This document shows, piece after piece, positions 9,709 to 19,136 of a stretch of DNA of 64,000 bases. The DNA lies in the IMG/VR virus record IMGVR_UViG_3300030688_000015. One strand, written 5' to 3'. This DNA comes from a virus. Each line of letters opens with the position of its first letter. The stretch's first letter is position 1. The notes beneath the pieces were generated by a model, which worked only from the letters and a program-made list of their open reading frames with translations, was not told where the DNA came from and made no database searches. The position numbers and the translations under genes were made by a program.

Positions 9709-10542
9709 ATGAATTTAAATGCGATAAAAAATGCTATAGAAGAAGCTAAGAAGCTTACAAAGCCAGCATTCAATAAAGAGAATGAGATAGTTTATATAGA
9801 GAAACCAGGAAAATATGTTTTTAGAATGGTTAAAATCCCTAATAAAGATAACCCTGAAGAGTTTTCATTCTTTAGAAAAGTAGAAGTACATATGTATAAA
9901 GGTATAAGACCTGTACTTCACACTGGAGATGACTGTCCTATTTGTGCTATGAAAGATTTACTTGAATCAGCTGGGATGGAAACTTGGAGACTAAACCCAA
10001 TAGAAAAATTTGTAGCCCCAATTGTTGTGCACGATTACTTTGTTGCTACTGAAGAAGAAAAATCTTCTAAATTAAAATTCAAAATAGAAGGCAAATTATC
10101 TTTTGGTGTTTTCAGTAAGAAAGTTCATGATTGTTTAATAAATTATATTAGTGGTACTGACCCTGAAGAAGTAGCTAATCTCTTAGATGAAAAAGAATCT
10201 TACTCATCTTTTGAAGTTACAATTAGAGAAGATAAATCTGTGAATATTTCTGCTAGTTTAAAGCGTAGACCAATTATCTCTAGTACATTGCCAGAGATTC
10301 CTACTTTTGACATAAACGAACAATATATGAACTCAAATGACAAACCTAAAGATGAACAGATTTTAATAGTGAGGAAATCTCTACTTTCTAAAGCTGCAGA
10401 AAAATTAGGTAGACAAAATATAGTGGATCCAAAACCTACTGTAGCTGATTCTGAGAAATCTAGTACTTTGCAAAGTGCTAGAAGCTATGTATCTAATACT
10501 GAAGATGATGATTCAGAATTTGATGTTGATTTAGAAGTATAA
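9709..10542 (+). CDS. gp32-like single-stranded DNA-binding protein
   Basis: Basic N-terminus, His...His...CPIC zinc site in the core, strongly acidic C-terminal tail (EDDDSEFDVDLEV). This layout matches T4 gp32 (B/core/A domains). Confidence 0.55.
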   Translation: MNLNAIKNAIEEAKKLTKPAFNKENEIVYIEKPGKYVFRMVKIPNKDNPEEFSFFRKVEVHMYKGIRPVLHTGDDCPICAMKDLLESAGMETWRLNPIEKFVAPIVVHDYFVATEEEKSSKLKFKIEGKLSFGVFSKKVHDCLINYISGTDPEEVANLLDEKESYSSFEVTIREDKSVNISASLKRRPIISSTLPEIPTFDINEQYMNSNDKPKDEQILIVRKSLLSKAAEKLGRQNIVDPKPTVADSEKSSTLQSARSYVSNTEDDDSEFDVDLEV

Positions 10543-10557
10543 TTTTAAGACTATATT

Positions 10558-10590
10558 AGAACTCATTTTACAAATGAGTTCTTTTATTTA
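10558..10590 (+). terminator. Rho-independent terminator after the SSB gene
   Basis: Perfect 9-bp stem AGAACTCAT/ATGAGTTCT with 7-nt loop followed by TTTTATTTA. The track's ATG at 10574 lies inside the stem. Confidence 0.6.
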
Positions 10591-10609
10591 CAGTTTAGGA
10601 AGTAAAATA

Positions 10610-12814
10610 ATGATTAAAAAAATTAAAAAATCTGATGGCAGATTAGAAGACTTTGATCCTAATAAGCTCAACAAATGGGCTGAGTGGGCAGCTTTATATA
10701 AGAGAATAAGTTGGAGTAATATCACTTTGAAAGCTTATAGAGCTTGTTATGATAAGTGTTCAACTACAGATTTACATAAAGCTTTAATTACAGCTTGTAT
10801 AGAAGAGCAAGATGAAGACCATTTAAAAATGGCTGGAAGATTATTCATTAGTTCAATATACAAAGAGGTATATGGTGGCATAGATAAAATACCTTCTTTG
10901 ATTGACTTTTATAAGAAAATGGTAAAGCTAGATTTTTGGGTAAAAATGGACTACTCAGAAGAAGAACTTCATGCTATTGGGAAAATAATAGATCACAGTA
11001 AGGATATGACATACACTTATTCAGAATTAAAAGCTCTTAGAGATAAGAATATGATAGTGGATAAAACTGTAGATAAATGTTATGAGTCTCCTCAAATGAT
11101 GTACATTGGAGTTTCAATGGCTATCATGGAAAAAATGCCCAAGGAAAGAAGGATTAATGATATAATAGAATACTACAAACTTCTATCAGACAAAAAGTTA
11201 AATGCTCCAACTCCTTTTCTTTGTAATGCACGTACTAAGCACAGAGATTATGCCAGCTGTAACTTATACTCCACATTAGATACCTCACAGTCTTTAGCTG
11301 TTGGAGACCACATAGCATATTTAATGACCTGTGCTTCAGCTGGAATAGGTGCTCACTTAAAAACAAGATCCAAAGGGGATAAAGTAAGAAAAGGAACTAT
11401 TGAGCATCTAGGGAAAATTCCTTATTACAGATGCATAGAGTCTGCTGTCAGAGCTAATAAACAAAGCTCGAGAGGTGGCAGTGCTACAGTATATTATAAT
11501 GTTCTAGACCCAGAAGTTATGAGTTTATTAATGTTAAAGAGTATTGTTACTCCAGTTCAAGAGCAAGTAAGAGGATTAGACTATTCTTTCGGGTATAATA
11601 AAACTTTTGCTAGAAAAGTAGCGTTTAATGAAGATTGGATGCTTGTTTCTTATAAAGATGCTCCAGAATTACATGAGGCATTGTATTCAGATGATTTGCA
11701 AAATTTTGAAAAACTTTATGAAGAAGTTTTAAATAATAAAAATATTAAAAAAACTATTATTAAAGCAAGAGATATAGTTAAATTACAATTAGTTCAATCT
11801 TACGAAACTGGCAGAATATATTTACATGAAACTTATGAAATGAACCATCATACTCCTTTCAAAGAAAAAATCTACATGTCAAATTTATGTGTGGAGATTT
11901 GCCAACCCACTAAAGGTTTTAAAAATATGCAAGAGCTTTATTCTTCAGAATATGTAGAAGGGGAGATTAGTGTGTGTTCTCTCTCTGCAATAGTAGCAGG
12001 TAGAGTTAAACCAGAAGAGTACTACAATGTAGCTTATTATACTTTATTAGGCATAGATAATGTTATAGAATTAATGAACTATCCTTTTCCTAATCTTGAA
12101 ACTACTGCTAAAGCTAGAAGAAACGTAGGAGTAGGAATTACTAATTTAGCTTATGATTTAGCTAAAAGAGGTTTAACTTATAATTCAATTGAAGGTAAAA
12201 ACTACATTCATCAGCTAGCAGAGCTTCATAGCTATTCTTTAACTAAAGCTAGTTTGCAATTAGCTAAAGAAAGAGGAGTTTGTGATTGGATGCATAAAAC
12301 TAAGTATCCACAAGGTTGGTTACCTATTGATACATATAACAAAAATGTGGATAAAGTTCATACTCAAGAGTTATTATGTGATTGGGAATCTTTAAGAAAA
12401 GAAATAATAGAGAACGGAGGGATCCGTAATTCTGTATTAGAAGCTAATATGCCATGTGAATCATGTAATAAGTTTGATAATAAAATACAAACTGTAGACT
12501 ATGGTAACATTGATTTTCATGAAATTTGCGAAATTAATGGTATAGATTATAAAAAATTAGAATCTGAAGATACTCAAAAGTGGTTGGATTTAAAAAATCC
12601 TTTAAAAGTCTACACTAAAGAAGGAATTTTAGAGGCTGATAAACTGTACTACAATGGTAATTGTGAAGTTTTTGAAATAGAATTCGAAGATGGAAACATT
12701 TATTCTTTTACAGGGAATCATAAACTTTTAATCTCCATAGAAAATGAGGAAAAGTGGGTAAAAGTTTCTGAACTAACTGGTGATGAAGAGATACTTTGCT
12801 TAAATCATGAATAA
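10610..12814 (+). CDS. nrdA: Ribonucleotide reductase class I alpha subunit, N-terminal fragment fused to a split-intein N-part (IntN)
   Basis: ATP-cone (MIKKIKKSDGRLEDFD) and active-site NLCVEICQP (equivalent to E. coli NLCLEI). The frame follows NrdA up to ...RNSVLEANMPCES, then a Hint N-domain, then stop. The ATG at 10610 has an AGGAAG RBS. Confidence 0.8.
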   Translation: MIKKIKKSDGRLEDFDPNKLNKWAEWAALYKRISWSNITLKAYRACYDKCSTTDLHKALITACIEEQDEDHLKMAGRLFISSIYKEVYGGIDKIPSLIDFYKKMVKLDFWVKMDYSEEELHAIGKIIDHSKDMTYTYSELKALRDKNMIVDKTVDKCYESPQMMYIGVSMAIMEKMPKERRINDIIEYYKLLSDKKLNAPTPFLCNARTKHRDYASCNLYSTLDTSQSLAVGDHIAYLMTCASAGIGAHLKTRSKGDKVRKGTIEHLGKIPYYRCIESAVRANKQSSRGGSATVYYNVLDPEVMSLLMLKSIVTPVQEQVRGLDYSFGYNKTFARKVAFNEDWMLVSYKDAPELHEALYSDDLQNFEKLYEEVLNNKNIKKTIIKARDIVKLQLVQSYETGRIYLHETYEMNHHTPFKEKIYMSNLCVEICQPTKGFKNMQELYSSEYVEGEISVCSLSAIVAGRVKPEEYYNVAYYTLLGIDNVIELMNYPFPNLETTAKARRNVGVGITNLAYDLAKRGLTYNSIEGKNYIHQLAELHSYSLTKASLQLAKERGVCDWMHKTKYPQGWLPIDTYNKNVDKVHTQELLCDWESLRKEIIENGGIRNSVLEANMPCESCNKFDNKIQTVDYGNIDFHEICEINGIDYKKLESEDTQKWLDLKNPLKVYTKEGILEADKLYYNGNCEVFEIEFEDGNIYSFTGNHKLLISIENEEKWVKVSELTGDEEILCLNHE
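12464..12811 (+). other. IntN half of a naturally split intein (116 aa)
   Basis: CNKFDNKIQTVDYGNIDF (block A), GNCEVFEIEFEDGNIYSFTGNHKLL (block B TxxH), ...VSELTGDEEILCLNHE then a stop. Length and motifs parallel the DnaE split-intein N halves. Confidence 0.75.
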
Positions 12815-12863
12815 AAAAATTATAAAACAAATTTATAAAGAAATAAAAAAATTAGAAATAAGT

Positions 12864-12902
12864 GATTTAGAGGATTCTTTCTTTTTAGATTTTTCCTCTA
12901 AA
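12864..12902 (+). other. Perfect 10-bp stem-loop in the 147-bp spacer between the two nrdA halves
   Basis: ATTTAGAGGA ... 19 nt ... TCCTCTAAAT. Could be a terminator/attenuator or processing site. Confidence 0.4.
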
Positions 12903-12961
12903 TTAAATATAACTTTTTCTTCTCAAATAAATTTAAAAGTTAAATTAAAAGGCTGTAATTA

Positions 12962-13066
12962 ATGAAAATTAATAAAATAATAAAAAAAGATGCTGTACCT
13001 ACCTATGATATAAATGTTCCAGAGGTACATCATTATTTGATGGGAAATGGTATAATAAGCCATAAT
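12962..13066 (+). other. IntC half of split intein
   Basis: 35 aa with its own ATG and AAAGG RBS. Ends HN followed by Ser. Very close to the Npu DnaE IntC pattern (VYDIGVERDHNFALKNGFIASN vs TYDINVPEVHHYLMGNGIISHN). Confidence 0.75.
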
Positions 13067-13456
13067 TCTTCTGTAAATTCTAACACTACTAATGGTTTAT
13101 ATCCAGTTAGAGGAATTAAAATTTTAAAAGGTTCAGATAAAAACAAAACACTTTTCATTGCTCCTGAATCTGATAAACTAAAGTCTAATTACCAATTGGC
13201 TTGGGATTTAACTACTTTAGAAATGATTGATGTTTATTCTATAGTGCAGAAATTTACAGGACAATCCATATCTGCTGATTTTTACATTGATTATAATAAA
13301 TTACCTAATGGTAAAATTGATGACACTCAATTAGTTAAAGAATTTTTATACATGACTAAAATGGGAATGAAAACTAGGTATTACATTAACTCCAGAACAG
13401 ATGATGATACAGAACTTGAAAACGATGGTTGTGAAGGTGGAGTTTGCTCATTATGA
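12962..13456 (+). CDS. nrdA: Split-intein C-part (IntC, 35 aa) fused to the C-terminal fragment of RNR alpha subunit
   Basis: MKINKIIKKDAVPTYDINVPEVHHYLMGNGIISHN then S+1. The extein resumes SSVNSNTTNGLYPVRG, aligning with E. coli NrdA SETSSQISNATNGIEPPRG. C-terminal tail DDGCEGGVCSL is the NrdA CxxC thiol pair. Confidence 0.8.
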   Translation: MKINKIIKKDAVPTYDINVPEVHHYLMGNGIISHNSSVNSNTTNGLYPVRGIKILKGSDKNKTLFIAPESDKLKSNYQLAWDLTTLEMIDVYSIVQKFTGQSISADFYIDYNKLPNGKIDDTQLVKEFLYMTKMGMKTRYYINSRTDDDTELENDGCEGGVCSL

Positions 13457-14544
13457 CAGTATTTAATATAAACAACAATGCTTATAAAGACAAGAAATAT
13501 CCTTTATTTTTAGGTCAAGTTCCAGGTATTTATGATTCTATAAACGTAAATTATTCTAAGTTTTATGATCTTTTTGAGAAATTAAAATCTATTGATTGGA
13601 CTCATAATGAAATTAATTTATCTGGTAGCAGACTAGACCTTTTACACTGTTCTGAAAGTACCAAGCAAATTATGTTAAAGAATTTAGCCTTCCAATGGGA
13701 GTTAGATTCTATAGCCAGTAGAAGTATAGCTCCTTTATTGGCACCATTTGTTACTAATAGTGAACTTTGGTTACTTATTTCCAAGATAAGTGAAAATGAA
13801 AATCTGCATGCTTTAACCTATTCAGAGATTGTAAGACAATGTGTTCCGAATGTTGAAGATATTTTTAAAGAGATGATGCAAAATGAAAAGATTTTAAATC
13901 GAGGTACTAAAGTTTTAAATACTTTTGACAATCTTCAAAAAATAGGTGCAGAGTACACTTTAGGAATATTAAACACTGAAAGTGATTATAAGTACATGAT
14001 GAAGGCAATCTTCTTATTTTATGTGGCTTTATATTCAATGGAGCGTATTCAATTCATGGCTAGTTTTGCTTGTACTTTTGCACTAGCAGAACAAGGTTTA
14101 TTCTTAGGTATGTCAAAATATGTTCAGAAAATCATGAAAGATGAATTAACTGTACATGCAGAACATGATAAAAATGTTTTAAAAATACTTATGGATACCG
14201 TAGAAGATCACAACTTTTGGATGGATGAGTCTAAACAAATAATAGATGAAATAGTTAATACAGAACTCGCTTGGAATACTTATATATTTTCTGAGGATAG
14301 ATCAATAGTTGGACTAAACAAGGAGCTTTTAGATGAATGGGTTTTATACAATGCTAAAGAGGTTTATAAAACTTTAAAAATAAAATCTGATTTCAAATTT
14401 CCTAATTCTACTCCTTTAGTTTGGTTCACTAATAATTGGTTAGATTTAAATAAAGTTCAGAATGCGAATCAGGAAACTGACTCTACTAACTATAAGCTTT
14501 CATCTACTATATCCACTTTAGGTGATGATATTTTAGACTTTTAA
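13453..14544 (+). CDS. nrdB: Ribonucleotide reductase class I beta subunit
   Basis: Ferritin-like di-iron ligand context ERIQFMASFACTFALAEQGLF...HAEHD (ExxH). ATGA overlap with the nrdA stop. The track start 13444 is TTG. Confidence 0.7.
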   Translation: MTVFNINNNAYKDKKYPLFLGQVPGIYDSINVNYSKFYDLFEKLKSIDWTHNEINLSGSRLDLLHCSESTKQIMLKNLAFQWELDSIASRSIAPLLAPFVTNSELWLLISKISENENLHALTYSEIVRQCVPNVEDIFKEMMQNEKILNRGTKVLNTFDNLQKIGAEYTLGILNTESDYKYMMKAIFLFYVALYSMERIQFMASFACTFALAEQGLFLGMSKYVQKIMKDELTVHAEHDKNVLKILMDTVEDHNFWMDESKQIIDEIVNTELAWNTYIFSEDRSIVGLNKELLDEWVLYNAKEVYKTLKIKSDFKFPNSTPLVWFTNNWLDLNKVQNANQETDSTNYKLSSTISTLGDDILDF

Positions 14545-14589
14545 TAATAAATATTACCTTTAAGATTCTTGTGAGAGTATAATATTGAA

Positions 14590-15120
14590 ATGAGTAAATT
14601 TATAGTAATTTTGTATTTTTTAAAGAATTTTTTTAAGAATGTTTCATATGATTTGAATCATATTTATATGGAATATTTTTTTATAATGTTTGTTTTAAAT
14701 AAACATATAGAGTCTAAAGTTTTCGAAGATACAATTTTTGATATTAATTTGCATGAATTGAAAACTAAGTTTCTTGAAGGCAATGTTTTAACAACCATCT
14801 ATTTTCCCTCTCAAGTTTCAATAGATGGTTGCTTTAAAAAATTATTAAAGAATTACAAAAAAAGAATAAAGACTAAAGATTCTTATGTTCTTAGTATTAC
14901 AGAGAAAAAATATAATAAACTTTATGAAAATTCTTCTTTATCTTTAAAAACTTTAGAAGAATTTGTAAAGGCTAGAGATTCTAAGAAAATACTAATAATT
15001 TCTAGAAAAGAAAAACACTTTTTTAAAGCTGTAGATTTTTCTAGGAAATTAAAATTAGAAACATCTATTCTTTCTAATGTTTTAATTGTAAACTTTAGCG
15101 GAATGAAAAATAAAATTTAA
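14590..15120 (+). CDS. hypothetical protein with hydrophobic N-terminus
   Basis: 176-aa ORF; no motif recognised. Confidence 0.45.
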   Translation: MSKFIVILYFLKNFFKNVSYDLNHIYMEYFFIMFVLNKHIESKVFEDTIFDINLHELKTKFLEGNVLTTIYFPSQVSIDGCFKKLLKNYKKRIKTKDSYVLSITEKKYNKLYENSSLSLKTLEEFVKARDSKKILIISRKEKHFFKAVDFSRKLKLETSILSNVLIVNFSGMKNKI

Positions 15121-15176
15121 CCTTAAATACTTTGAGAGAAGTATAATATCTAAATTAATTATGAAAGGAAATAGAA

Positions 15177-15608
15177 ATGAAAATAGAAACTTTAATACAA
15201 AATTCTCTTGTTGTCTTACCTGGTGTTGATAAAAGAGCAGAGGCTAGACTAGCAAGACCTTCTACAGAAACAGAAGATTATTCTAGGTTTGACTTTGAAT
15301 CTCAAAGTAGTAAACCCGGACAACTTTATACTGGTGCTATTCTTTACTCAAGATTTCAATCTGAAGTAAAACCCAGAGTTTCTCGTTGCAATGTAAAAGT
15401 TCACTGTAATTGTGATGCTTATAAATTTTATTTTTCAGAATATAATTGGAAGGCTGGTTGTGGTTTAGAAGCCCCAGAACCTTACACTCCAGTGGCTAAT
15501 CCTAAGAGAATTAGAAAACCTAATAATCCAAGTAAACTTCCTGGTTTATGTAAACATTTACTTTCTTTCCAAAACTTTCTTCAAGAATTTAATTATGTTT
15601 GGAAGTAG
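15177..15608 (+). CDS. hypothetical protein with SWIM-type zinc finger (CxCx(n)CxH)
   Basis: HCNCDAYKF...LCKHLL. Confidence 0.45.
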   Translation: MKIETLIQNSLVVLPGVDKRAEARLARPSTETEDYSRFDFESQSSKPGQLYTGAILYSRFQSEVKPRVSRCNVKVHCNCDAYKFYFSEYNWKAGCGLEAPEPYTPVANPKRIRKPNNPSKLPGLCKHLLSFQNFLQEFNYVWK

Positions 15609-15618
15609 GAGTGTATAA

Positions 15619-16041
15619 ATGGACTGTATTTTAGAAAAAATTAAGAAGCAAAAATTAGAAGCCCAAATATCCAGAAACTCTCACAAGAACTCATTCTTAG
15701 GTTTAGTTCTAGGGGAAATATTAAAATTACGTTCAGCTAAAAATCCTGTGGATTTGATTACTGATTCTCATGTATTTCCAATTTTAGAGAGAATGTTAAA
15801 AGATATTAAAACTACTCTTGGTCTTTTGCCTCCAAGTGATTCCAGAGTAGAAAACTTACTTATAGAAAAAGAAATACTCGAAAGTTATCTTCCTAAAAAG
15901 ATGTCTTTAAAGGAAATAGAAGAAATACTTGAGAAGAATAATTTTCAAGATTTAAAATCAGTCATGATGTACTTTAAAGAAAATTATTCTGGAAAATATG
16001 ATGGTAAGGTTCTTCAAGGAGTTTTTAATGCAGGAAAATAA
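15619..16041 (+). CDS. GatB/YqeY-domain protein
   Basis: ILESYLPKKMSLKEIEEIL...DLKSVMMYFKENYSGKYDGKVLQGVF matches the YqeY pattern (EYLPKQLSEEEL...MGKVMG...GRADGSLVSKLV). Confidence 0.5.
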   Translation: MDCILEKIKKQKLEAQISRNSHKNSFLGLVLGEILKLRSAKNPVDLITDSHVFPILERMLKDIKTTLGLLPPSDSRVENLLIEKEILESYLPKKMSLKEIEEILEKNNFQDLKSVMMYFKENYSGKYDGKVLQGVFNAGK

Positions 16042-16321
16042 AACACAAGATAAAGATATAGCTCAAAAGTATTTTGAGTGTAGCTATTTCATGTATAAAA
16101 ATGCTGGAGATAAAGAAACTCAAGATTACTTGATAAAAAATTTAGGAGAAAAATTCTATTGGGATTGTTGTACTCTAGGTAAGATAGTAAATTCTACTCT
16201 TAAAACTTTTGAAAATCCTTATGTTTTCATAGAGTGGGATAATAAAGTTGAGAGTTTTAATTTAGATTTTGTAATAGAAACATTTAAAAGTAATATAGAA
16301 AGAAGAAACAATGTTCAATAG
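15998..16321 (+). CDS. hypothetical protein
   Basis: 107-aa ORF. Confidence 0.4.
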   Translation: MMVRFFKEFLMQENKTQDKDIAQKYFECSYFMYKNAGDKETQDYLIKNLGEKFYWDCCTLGKIVNSTLKTFENPYVFIEWDNKVESFNLDFVIETFKSNIERRNNVQ

Positions 16322-16541
16322 TAAATATAATGAGAGTAACAAACCTAGAGTTCTAGAAACAGAACAAAGAAGAGAAGGTGATAGAATGATTGCTACACAA
16401 ATGGCGGAATCAATACATTTTGTAGAATTAAAATTAAACTACATGATGGAATTGTTAACTAAGGTTTGTGCTAATCAGCAAATTCCTATCAGAAGTTATA
16501 AAGAATATGTAGATCAAGTTAAAAATAATCATAATAAATAA
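16311..16541 (+). CDS. hypothetical protein
   Basis: 76-aa ORF. Confidence 0.35.
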   Translation: MFNSKYNESNKPRVLETEQRREGDRMIATQMAESIHFVELKLNYMMELLTKVCANQQIPIRSYKEYVDQVKNNHNK

Positions 16542-16561
16542 GTATCTTAAAGGTTCATTTC

Positions 16562-16987
16562 ATGAATTTAGAACGTAAGTCTTTAGAAGAAATTTTATCT
16601 ATATATTTATTATCTGGAGAACTAAGTACTATTGCAAGAGTTAAAGAACTGCTTTTACTAGCTATACCAGATAGAGAACATCTAACTCAATTAGTAGCTT
16701 ATACTAAAAATCTAAACTTAGTTCAGGAAGAATTTCTTTCATTAATTGGAAGTTTAAAGAATTACTTAGGAAAATTAAGAGTTAAACAAAAATCTATTAT
16801 TTCTAATGAATTAGAATCTTTAGTTCAAGAAAAAGGTTACACTAAGTCGGAGAGAGAGCTTCTGCTATATAGGGAAAATTCTATTATAGATATTTCTAAT
16901 AAAGTAAATGATTTTGAATCTATAGTTTATTATTGCGAGAATTTACAGTGGAATCTTATAAATTTAAGTAAGTTTGTGATTAAGTAG
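16562..16987 (+). CDS. hypothetical protein
   Basis: 141-aa ORF. Confidence 0.45.
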   Translation: MNLERKSLEEILSIYLLSGELSTIARVKELLLLAIPDREHLTQLVAYTKNLNLVQEEFLSLIGSLKNYLGKLRVKQKSIISNELESLVQEKGYTKSERELLLYRENSIIDISNKVNDFESIVYYCENLQWNLINLSKFVIK

Positions 16988-16993
16988 AAAATA

Positions 16994-17608
16994 ATGTTAA
17001 AAATAGGAATTTTAGGAGCTATAGGAGCTGGAAAAAGTACAGCAGTGGAGCTTCTTTCTAAGAAATTTAAATCACTCAATATTAGTTTAGAGAATGTTGA
17101 TGAAAATATATTACTCTCAAAATATTATAAAGAACCCAAGAAGTACTGTTTTCAGTTACAAAAGAATTTTTTAGAAGAAAAAGTTAATGAATACTCAACT
17201 TTATTTTCTAAAAATAAAAATTTTATAATAGATAGTCCATTTTATTCTGGAGCATCTTTTGTTGAAATGAATTATTCTGAAGGTAACTTGACTCCAGATG
17301 AATATAACTTGTATAAAATGCTAAATAAATACTACTTAAAAGTTTGTGAACCTTTAGATTTATTAATTTATTTAGATTGTCCTTCGTCTATTTTATTAAA
17401 GAGAATAAAAAAGAGGGGCAGGTGCTGTGAGAGTTCAATAAATTTAGAATATTTAAATAGACTTTCAGAAGAACACTACAAAATTTTAGATGAAGCCCTT
17501 TGGAGAGACAAAACTTTAGTTAGAATAATAGACTATTCTAACTTGACAAAAGGTTACAAATATTTAGAAAAATTAATTGATAATTTTCTTAGTAAAAATC
17601 AGATATAA
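16994..17608 (+). CDS. deoxynucleoside kinase (dNK family)
   Basis: P-loop IGILGAIGAGKST. LIYLDCPSSILLKRIKKRGRCCE matches the dNK RIxxRGRxxE motif. Confidence 0.65.
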   Translation: MLKIGILGAIGAGKSTAVELLSKKFKSLNISLENVDENILLSKYYKEPKKYCFQLQKNFLEEKVNEYSTLFSKNKNFIIDSPFYSGASFVEMNYSEGNLTPDEYNLYKMLNKYYLKVCEPLDLLIYLDCPSSILLKRIKKRGRCCESSINLEYLNRLSEEHYKILDEALWRDKTLVRIIDYSNLTKGYKYLEKLIDNFLSKNQI

Positions 17609-17640
17609 TATGTTGATTTCAAATTTTTAAGGAGTATAAA

Positions 17641-18000
17641 ATGTCAGGTCTTTTTTATAATGAAGGAGATTTTTCAGAAAAGAAATTTTCTGAAAAAGAA
17701 TTAAAAGATATTAAAAAATTATGTAACTTAGACATAGAGTTAGCATATAGAGTTAAAAAATATTCTAAAGGAGAGTTCAAAAGCTCTGGAGGAGGAATGG
17801 ATATGTTAGTAATAGTAGATCGCCAAGTAGGTTATTCCTCTGAATCAGGAAATTGGTCAGCTAGTATCGACTTGAATGGAAACTTTTGGTGGTCTGATAG
17901 AAATACTTCCGAAGTTCCTGAAAATTTAAATTCCTCTATTCTAAGAGCTTTGAAGGAGTTAAACTTAACTTTGATAGATTCTCCTAAAAAAGATTTTTAA
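17641..18000 (+). CDS. hypothetical protein
   Basis: 119-aa ORF with GGAG RBS. Confidence 0.45.
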   Translation: MSGLFYNEGDFSEKKFSEKELKDIKKLCNLDIELAYRVKKYSKGEFKSSGGGMDMLVIVDRQVGYSSESGNWSASIDLNGNFWWSDRNTSEVPENLNSSILRALKELNLTLIDSPKKDF

Positions 18001-18059
18001 AGTGCAGGAAGCTACTTTTTGTACTAGTAAACTGTATTTCTTCAAAAAGGTGAATCATA

Positions 18060-19124
18060 TTGAATATTTATAAAGTAGGAGGAGTTTGCAGAGATGAACT
18101 TCTTGGAAAGAAACCAAAAGATATTGATTACCTTGTACTCGGAAGTAATGAAAAAGATCTACTAGATCTAGGATATAAGAAAGTGGGTAAATTTTTCGCA
18201 ACTTATCTTGATCCTAAAAACAATAATCAGTACTCTTTGCCTAGAATTGAAAATATAAAAGAAGATCTTTCAGAATTAGAAATACTGAAAGAAGATTTAG
18301 CCCGTAGAGACTTAACTATTAACTCCATGGCGGAAAATTCAGATGGGAAAATTTTTGATTTCTTTGGAGGGATTCAAGATTTACAAAATAGAGTTTTGAG
18401 GCACACTTCCACTGAGCACTTTAAATCTGACCCAATCAGGATTCTCAGAATAGCTAGATTTATGTCTGTGCTGAATAATTTTTCCATAGCAGAAGAAACT
18501 TTAGATTTAGTTAGAAAATTAGTTAATGAGAATTTTCTTGAAAGTTTAGAACCTGATAGAGTTCGTAATGAGTTTAATTTAGCTTTTAAATCTTCTAACC
18601 CTTATAGGTTTATTCATACTCTACACCTATTTGGAGCTTTGAGTTGGATATGTAAGTTTTTTGATTTCAAGCAGGTTATAGATAGAAACTTGGAATTATC
18701 TTTTAGTTTGCTTCTAAATACAGAAAAGGATTATGATTCCAGAATATTAATGTCTTCTATATTAGCCACTTCTTTAGGTATTGATTTATATTTAGATAAA
18801 CTTTTAATAGGCAATGATCTATATTCTAGTATTCAAGCATTTAAAAAGCTATATAACTTAAGGATACCTATTTATCAGAGTATATTCTCTAAAGACTGTG
18901 AGAAACTCCTTAGCAAAATTTTAAAGTTTGATAGTATATCCAGAATAGAATTTTATATAAGAGAATCTAAGATCATGGGTAACGAAGCTAGATGGAAAGA
19001 AATTTTACAATACTTAATTACCTTGAAAAATCTTATGTCTGAAGTTTCTAATCAGGATTTTTCTGAAATGAATGTTGAAGAAATAAGACTAAAAAAATTG
19101 GAAATAGCAAATAAATATTTTTAG
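18060..19124 (+). CDS. tRNA nucleotidyltransferase (CCA-adding)/polyA polymerase family head-domain protein
   Basis: YKVGGVCRDELLGKKPKDIDYLV equals the GGxVRDxLLGxxxxDxD motif of class II CCA enzymes. Also RRDLTINSMA. TTG start after AGGAGG. Confidence 0.55.
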   Translation: MNIYKVGGVCRDELLGKKPKDIDYLVLGSNEKDLLDLGYKKVGKFFATYLDPKNNNQYSLPRIENIKEDLSELEILKEDLARRDLTINSMAENSDGKIFDFFGGIQDLQNRVLRHTSTEHFKSDPIRILRIARFMSVLNNFSIAEETLDLVRKLVNENFLESLEPDRVRNEFNLAFKSSNPYRFIHTLHLFGALSWICKFFDFKQVIDRNLELSFSLLLNTEKDYDSRILMSSILATSLGIDLYLDKLLIGNDLYSSIQAFKKLYNLRIPIYQSIFSKDCEKLLSKILKFDSISRIEFYIRESKIMGNEARWKEILQYLITLKNLMSEVSNQDFSEMNVEEIRLKKLEIANKYF

Positions 19125-19136
19125 AAAGAAAACTTT

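Noticed and set aside
12812-12961. Stop codon and 147-bp gap inside nrdA, interpreted as a frameshift, pseudogene or group I intron
   Set aside because: The downstream piece has its own RBS and ATG and encodes exactly a 35-aa IntC ending HN+Ser. The upstream piece ends with a complete 116-aa IntN. The gap is far too short and unstructured for a group I intron. A split intein explains all features. An assembly error still needs to be excluded with reads.
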